Shown piece by piece: positions 58,503-64,000 of a stretch of 64,000 bases of DNA. The notes under the pieces were generated by a model that saw nothing but the letters and a program-made list of their open reading frames with translations, was not told the DNA's origin and ran no database searches. A program made the translations under genes and the position numbers. The stretch spans positions 14,260,001-14,324,000 of the forward strand of contig OZ024747.1 of NCBI GenBank assembly GCA_964016885.1. Direction: 5' to 3'. The stretch is from Eledone cirrhosa. Taxonomy: Eukaryota. Each line of letters opens with the position of its first letter. Positions within the stretch are counted from its first letter, which is position 1.

Positions 58503-58822
58503 AAACAAACAGGACGATGTACAGTACAATAGCCATGACTTTGCTTCTCAGTGATCTTTAATTATATGAAGATTTTTCTAGTTTATCAGTTTGAACTTGA
58601 CTCCCCTTGTAATACCTCTCTTATTGTTTATGGATGTTGAGTGCAGAAGTGAAACAAGCGATCATCTTGCATTGGAAATGGCCGAATGCCAGTCCCTGTA
58701 TTAATTCATTGGTAGTAAACACCGCTGACACACAGTGTGTTGTCTAAAAAAAGGAAGTACTAGAATGAAGGGAAATCTGCGGCGATATCTTTTTATCTCT
58801 CACTTTTCACTTACTAGCTATT

Positions 58823-58856
<34 letters not shown>

Positions 58857-58864
58857 CCTCTCTC

Positions 58865-58960
<96 letters not shown>

Positions 58961-58988
58961 GGTATATATATAAATAGGTATATATATT

Positions 58989-59022
<34 letters not shown>

Positions 59023-59053
59023 TATATATATATATATACACACATATATATAT

Positions 59054-59110
<57 letters not shown>

Positions 59111-61594
59111 TACATATGTATGTATTTATGTATGTATGTATACATTCACCCTCGTTTTATTTTTCCTCTTACCACAATTTTGTTTATTCTTCTGTTTCAG
59201 TTTTGTCTTACGACCTTTCAACTCCCCAAATCACTTTCTCTTCTGCTGCGTCTGATGCTCCTTGGGCTTTTTCTTCTTGTTTCTTTCTTTAATTTTGTTT
59301 TTGCTATTGATTAATCTCATGTATACATTTCGTCACCCCTTCATCCTCACTGATGTTTCATATTCTTACACCTCTCCATCATCTTCGCTCAAATACACGA
59401 CTTGTTTGGTCTGAGAGCCCTGGTGAGAGGGTCAAGTAATAGTAATATTCATTGGTTTGAATTAAAGATGAATATTTGGTCATTCTCGTGGCACTCTCAT
59501 CATCATTCTTCTCTTTCGTATAATGAGTATTATTGACTATTTTAACGGTGTATTTATTGCTGCTGATTTTTCGAATGGCTAATATCCATATTATAGCCAT
59601 TTGAATGGCTTCATATGTATTTTTCTCTCACTTTTATTAATTAAAGAAAGCTTATATTAGTGTCTGTTCTAAAATTTATCACAGTATTTAGGTTTTGTTC
59701 TCTATGCGCTGTATTAAAAAATCGCTGATATTTAGTTTATGTTTTATCACCTGCGTTTCAATAAAATAAGTGGTCAAAATATATTATAGTATTCAAAACC
59801 AGCTACTGAAAGATGGCCCCTGCATGTAAAAGTGATAATTAAACTTTTATTGTAAAAACAATAATTAAAAGCAATAGTTCCAATACGTTTACTATAGAAA
59901 CTATCAAAAATCTAATTAGAAATTCTTATGTGGTAAGGTAAACACATTAGCACAATAATTAAATTCATTTATACATTTCAGCATTTATTTCAGCATTTAC
60001 TTCAGAGTCAAAACCCGATATGTTTCAGGTTTATCAGAACTTTTCAGGGAAGCATAGGCTTTTGATCTCTCCCTACGTAATTGTCCTGTATTGTAGTCGA
60101 CCTTGCGTGAAAAGTTTGCGAAAAAAAAGTCACCACTGTTGATAACTCAAAGATGCCATAGGATGCGAAATATAGTTTAATTAGTTTTAAGTATTTTACA
60201 ATTGGTATTGAGATCCAAGGTAGTGCTTATAGCCTTTCTAACATTGGCACCAGGTTACAAATAGAGTGGGTGATGATAGAGTGTAGTACATCTATCCAAA
60301 TACTTAAATTGTACTTTATTTTATGGCTTCGGAATTATGTTTGAATTATATCAACATCTTGTCCTATCGTGGAACTATTTGTCGGTGACTGGAGGTAGAC
60401 ATTTTAACTTAGAACGTACAGAATTGGAATAGATACCAAACGATACTCTAAAAACTCCACCAGTCCACCATCCTTGATTGGTACTTTGTGTAACGAACAT
60501 GATAAAGAGCAATGTTACAGCGCGCAGAGAGTCGGAACGAATAGTGTAAGTCATTTGAATTTAAACTCTAATGCGTTTGCTCATTCAACCACCTTGTCTA
60601 CGTATATGGTTGTTTTTTCTATGTACATAACCATTGATTAAATATGCTATTGCATATTACACAGAGTGTTATTTTGCTCGGGTAGATTTTGGATTATTAG
60701 ACCTGCCAATTGGCTGTCTTGTGTAATCGTACACCCTTTATATTCTTAGACGATAGACAAACGGTCCGAAACGTTACATATTTCAGGGCTGCACAGAAAT
60801 TCAACTGATCTCACTCTGCTATCAATTCTCATATTGATCAGTTTTCTCCTATTCCGGATTGATTTTTTTTATACCATCATTTATATTCGCCACTCCATAT
60901 CCCATTAACAGCGAGGCAACGTTGGAGCACAAAGCATGTGATTATATTAAGTCGCATAATATTATTTATTCTTTAACATTTGTCTTGTCTTCCCTTGTTT
61001 ACATACGCTGTCGTATTATACATACAGTGTTTTCTTTATTTTTTTGAACGATGAATAACCATTTGAATTTTGAAGAAATGTATTAACTAAACAAAAAATG
61101 AACGCATAAATGAATGCATAAATAAATGCATGAATAACTAAGAGAACTTTGTGGTGTGGATGTGACGAATGCCTCATCAACATTTTCTGAAACAGTTGTT
61201 TAAACGAGTCGACAGGGTGAAGCCAGTAAATTTATTGTGTTTAGGTGACTAGTGGTAATCTAAGCCCAGAGGAACACAAGGAATATTGCAAAGGGTTGAC
61301 TGGGGTTGCAGTGTTATCCATGATGATCCATTCGCGTGAAATATATTTGTTATCTATCTATCTATCTATCTATATCTATCTATCTGGGATGGACACACGC
61401 GTATAACTTGCTGAGTAAGTTCTGTTTAAATTTCTATAGAAATTCTTGTCTGATAACTTTAATTTTTGTACCATTTTGTAGAGGGACTGCCAGGTCAAAC
61501 TTTGATCTGGTCAGTCTCTCAAAATATTCTACGCCTTTAGGCGAAATAGTTAAAAAAAAAGTTTTTTCTTGTTGAAAAGTCAATATTTTTTTAA

Positions 61595-63376
61595 ATGGCC
61601 GAAGCTTCTTCACCAAAATTCGAAGGAGGAAAGGGGAAGATGAACTTACAGCTTCCCCCTGCCACTGTCACAGTAGCAGAGGTCAAGAAGATAGGTCAGC
61701 CAGAGGAAGAATTCTCTCCACCTGTTAACCGACAACTTGACGTTACCATGGCAACAACCCAAAGAACCAACAGCAACAACAACAACAATGCGACGGTAGA
61801 AAACAACACCAATAACAATAACAATAACAACAACAAGACCAATAACGGTGACAACAACAACAATGATAACAACAACACCACCAACGACAACAACAACACA
61901 AACAAACAAAATTTCTCCTTCGCCGAGACGACAAGGAAAACCCTCGACTATCTGCCAGTAGATATAACAAAAGCGAAGGAGCTACTGGCGGATGCGAAAA
62001 AATATATAGTGTACGGGGAAAATGGTTCATTCACAATCCATTCCCCCCCGGAACTAAAAAGCCAGAGACTCCTAAACACGGTCATGTTTAGGACAATCTC
62101 GAACAAAAGTAAAAAACCAGCTCAACCATCACAGAGCGAGATAGAGCTGGTTTTAAAAGACGTCATGAAGGACATCACCTTCATTCAGAAGGATAGACTC
62201 TACGGGAGTCTATCCATTCTCATGAAGGACAGGGACACAGCAGTGAAACTGTCCATCAAACCAATCACATCCACCGCATACACCTTCTACCCTACGTACA
62301 TGGGTAGAAGAACACAAAAAATAAAAATCCACACCATCCTGCCGATTATGGACATATGGTGGGTTTTGACAGGTTTTCTGGACCTGGAGGATGACATGCT
62401 GGTGTCCATGGGAAAGGCATCGGGTGACGCGTTCAGTGGAACGAGCCTCGAACTTGTAGTTCAAATGAGGCCCGAAAGGATCGCCCAGATCCCTGAACGC
62501 GTCATACTGGATGATCTAACCTTCATCAACATTACCGTTGAGGGTAGACGGCCCTCGTGTTACCTCTGCGGAACCAGAGGTCACCTGAGGGCTGTCTGTC
62601 CCCAACTTAATAAGAAAACCCCAATCCTGCCCACACCACCAACAACTGCACAACCAACACAATCACCACAACAACCACTACAAAAACAACCACCACAGCT
62701 CAAACCAAAACAAAACAATGTCCAACCCATCCCCTCCACTCAAAAAACAAAAACAATTTCCAAAACACCCGTACCGCAAACACAACCCGAAAATATACCC
62801 CTCCCCTCCAACGCGGAAGATGACCCTAGTTCGTCGTCAGACGAGGAGGAGCACTTCCACACAATCAAAAGAAAAAAAAGAAAACACACCTCAGACACAC
62901 AAATGAAAAAAACCCCTCCCCAAAACATAACACTGACACCAACACAAAAGAGCTCTCAACAGCAAACAAAAAACACCACACAAAAACAAAAACATGCATA
63001 CACATACATAAATACAAGAAACAAAAAACTGTTAAACATTGTGTACAACAACAATCTAATAAAAACACAAGGGCCTAACTTCACCCAGGCAGGGGATTTC
63101 CCCCACCTCAAAATGATTAAGGCCCCACAGGACACCTATAAAACTTTAAAAAACAATTTTAAAGAGGACGTGGGTCCCCCCTGCGTCGGGCCCATTAACC
63201 GAGTCCTCCTAAAAAACTATCCCACCCCCTCCCCAAACACCCTCACAACTCCAAGCTCCCCAACCACACAACACACTGATGCCCCCACACTTCCACAAAC
63301 CACCACCCCACCCAACAACCCATCCCCCACCCTAATGGAAATTGTGCAGCCCGATACCCGGGACGCAGAGAGGTAA
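61595..63376 (+). CDS. Tx1 LINE ORF1, 593 aa gag-like zinc-knuckle protein
   Basis: ITVEGRRPSCYLCGTRGHLRAVC knuckle; colinear with ORF1 of the first element. Confidence 0.9.
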   Translation: MAEASSPKFEGGKGKMNLQLPPATVTVAEVKKIGQPEEEFSPPVNRQLDVTMATTQRTNSNNNNNATVENNTNNNNNNNNKTNNGDNNNNDNNNTTNDNNNTNKQNFSFAETTRKTLDYLPVDITKAKELLADAKKYIVYGENGSFTIHSPPELKSQRLLNTVMFRTISNKSKKPAQPSQSEIELVLKDVMKDITFIQKDRLYGSLSILMKDRDTAVKLSIKPITSTAYTFYPTYMGRRTQKIKIHTILPIMDIWWVLTGFLDLEDDMLVSMGKASGDAFSGTSLELVVQMRPERIAQIPERVILDDLTFINITVEGRRPSCYLCGTRGHLRAVCPQLNKKTPILPTPPTTAQPTQSPQQPLQKQPPQLKPKQNNVQPIPSTQKTKTISKTPVPQTQPENIPLPSNAEDDPSSSSDEEEHFHTIKRKKRKHTSDTQMKKTPPQNITLTPTQKSSQQQTKNTTQKQKHAYTYINTRNKKLLNIVYNNNLIKTQGPNFTQAGDFPHLKMIKAPQDTYKTLKNNFKEDVGPPCVGPINRVLLKNYPTPSPNTLTTPSSPTTQHTDAPTLPQTTTPPNNPSPTLMEIVQPDTRDAER

Positions 63377-63400
63377 GTGCCTTTTCTCTTCACCACCAAC

Positions 63401-64000
63401 ATGGCTATGCTAAGAGTAGGCTGTTTAAATGCGCGTGGCCTGGGCTCAACTTGGAAGCAAGCAATGCTTCTAAATGACCTCAGGTCACAACGTATAGATG
63501 TGATGGTTATTTGCGAGGCCCGGATCAGCAACGTGCGACAGCTGGCCCCCACCTTTGATGACTTTGAGATGCACGCATCTCTCTGTCAGCCTGGAGGTGG
63601 GGGTGGAGTTGTCGTTCTGCTGCAAAAACATCTGGGTCTCGCAACACAGATGGTACATTTGGACCCGGAGGGTCGACTAGTGGTTCTGGACCTTGGCAGT
63701 GGTAAAGGCGGAGCGTTTAGGTTGGTAGCCGCCTACGGCCCTTTCGGGTCAATGCGGCCGGACTTCTTCCATCGTCTGGAGACTTTTCTAGGGACGTCCC
63801 GCTCCTTGCTATTAGTGGGGGACTGGAATGGTATCCTAGATGCACGCTGGGACTACGTAGGGGCCTGCCCCGATAGAGAGGGGTGTAATAGCCTCAAAGG
63901 GTTAATCGGTCGATTTGACCTGGCCGATAGATATCGACTAGATTTTCCGACTGCGCCAACCTGGACTTGGGCAAATCGTAGCGGATCATCTAGGTCGTAC
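63401..64000 (+). CDS. Tx1 LINE ORF2 N-terminus (APE endonuclease), partial
   Basis: Hand translation is open for 200 codons: MAMLRVGCLNARGLGSTWKQ..LDPEGRLVVLD..LVGDWNGILDARWD..WTWANRSGSSRSY. Confidence 0.92.
   Translation, partial: MAMLRVGCLNARGLGSTWKQAMLLNDLRSQRIDVMVICEARISNVRQLAPTFDDFEMHASLCQPGGGGGVVVLLQKHLGLATQMVHLDPEGRLVVLDLGSGKGGAFRLVAAYGPFGSMRPDFFHRLETFLGTSRSLLLVGDWNGILDARWDYVGACPDREGCNSLKGLIGRFDLADRYRLDFPTAPTWTWANRSGSSRSY

Larger units (their letters stand above)
61386..64000 (+). mobile_element. Second L1/Tx1-clade LINE (diverged family), cut off by the window end
   Basis: Starts after (TATC)n and has an intact ORF1 and an open ORF2 EN domain homologous to 13867 onward. The 5' boundary is inferred. 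Confidence 0.9.

Noticed and set aside
59160-59620. Unique purine-rich minus-strand segment as a possible exon (also 25950-26230 and 28300-28580)
   Set aside because: No recognisable protein motif or consistent pair of splice sites.

Overview
This is AT-rich, microsatellite-saturated eukaryotic DNA. Its SINE and LINE repertoire suggests a cephalopod such as Octopus (inference). No host gene can be called confidently; there is one candidate exon at 10749-10896. A near full-length, recently inactivated L1/Tx1-clade LINE spans ~11515-17536, and a second, diverged Tx1-like LINE starts at ~61386 and runs off the window end. There are also truncated Tx1 3' ends, relics of RTE-, R4/Dong- and Penelope-like retroelements, many tRNA-derived SINEs (often in tandem arrays) and long simple or higher-order repeats. 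Nearly all other listed ORFs are microsatellite translation artefacts. The most notable unannotated signal is a set of about 11 mostly unrelated foldback (palindromic) elements set in (TA)n tracts, most with a shared asymmetric layout. Several carry recognisable type I hammerhead ribozyme cores, consistent with non-autonomous Penelope-like or retrozyme-like elements. A second signal is a conserved GTAAGT splice-donor motif over the ORF1 stop of both Tx1 LINEs, which could give an in-frame ORF1-ORF2 fusion.
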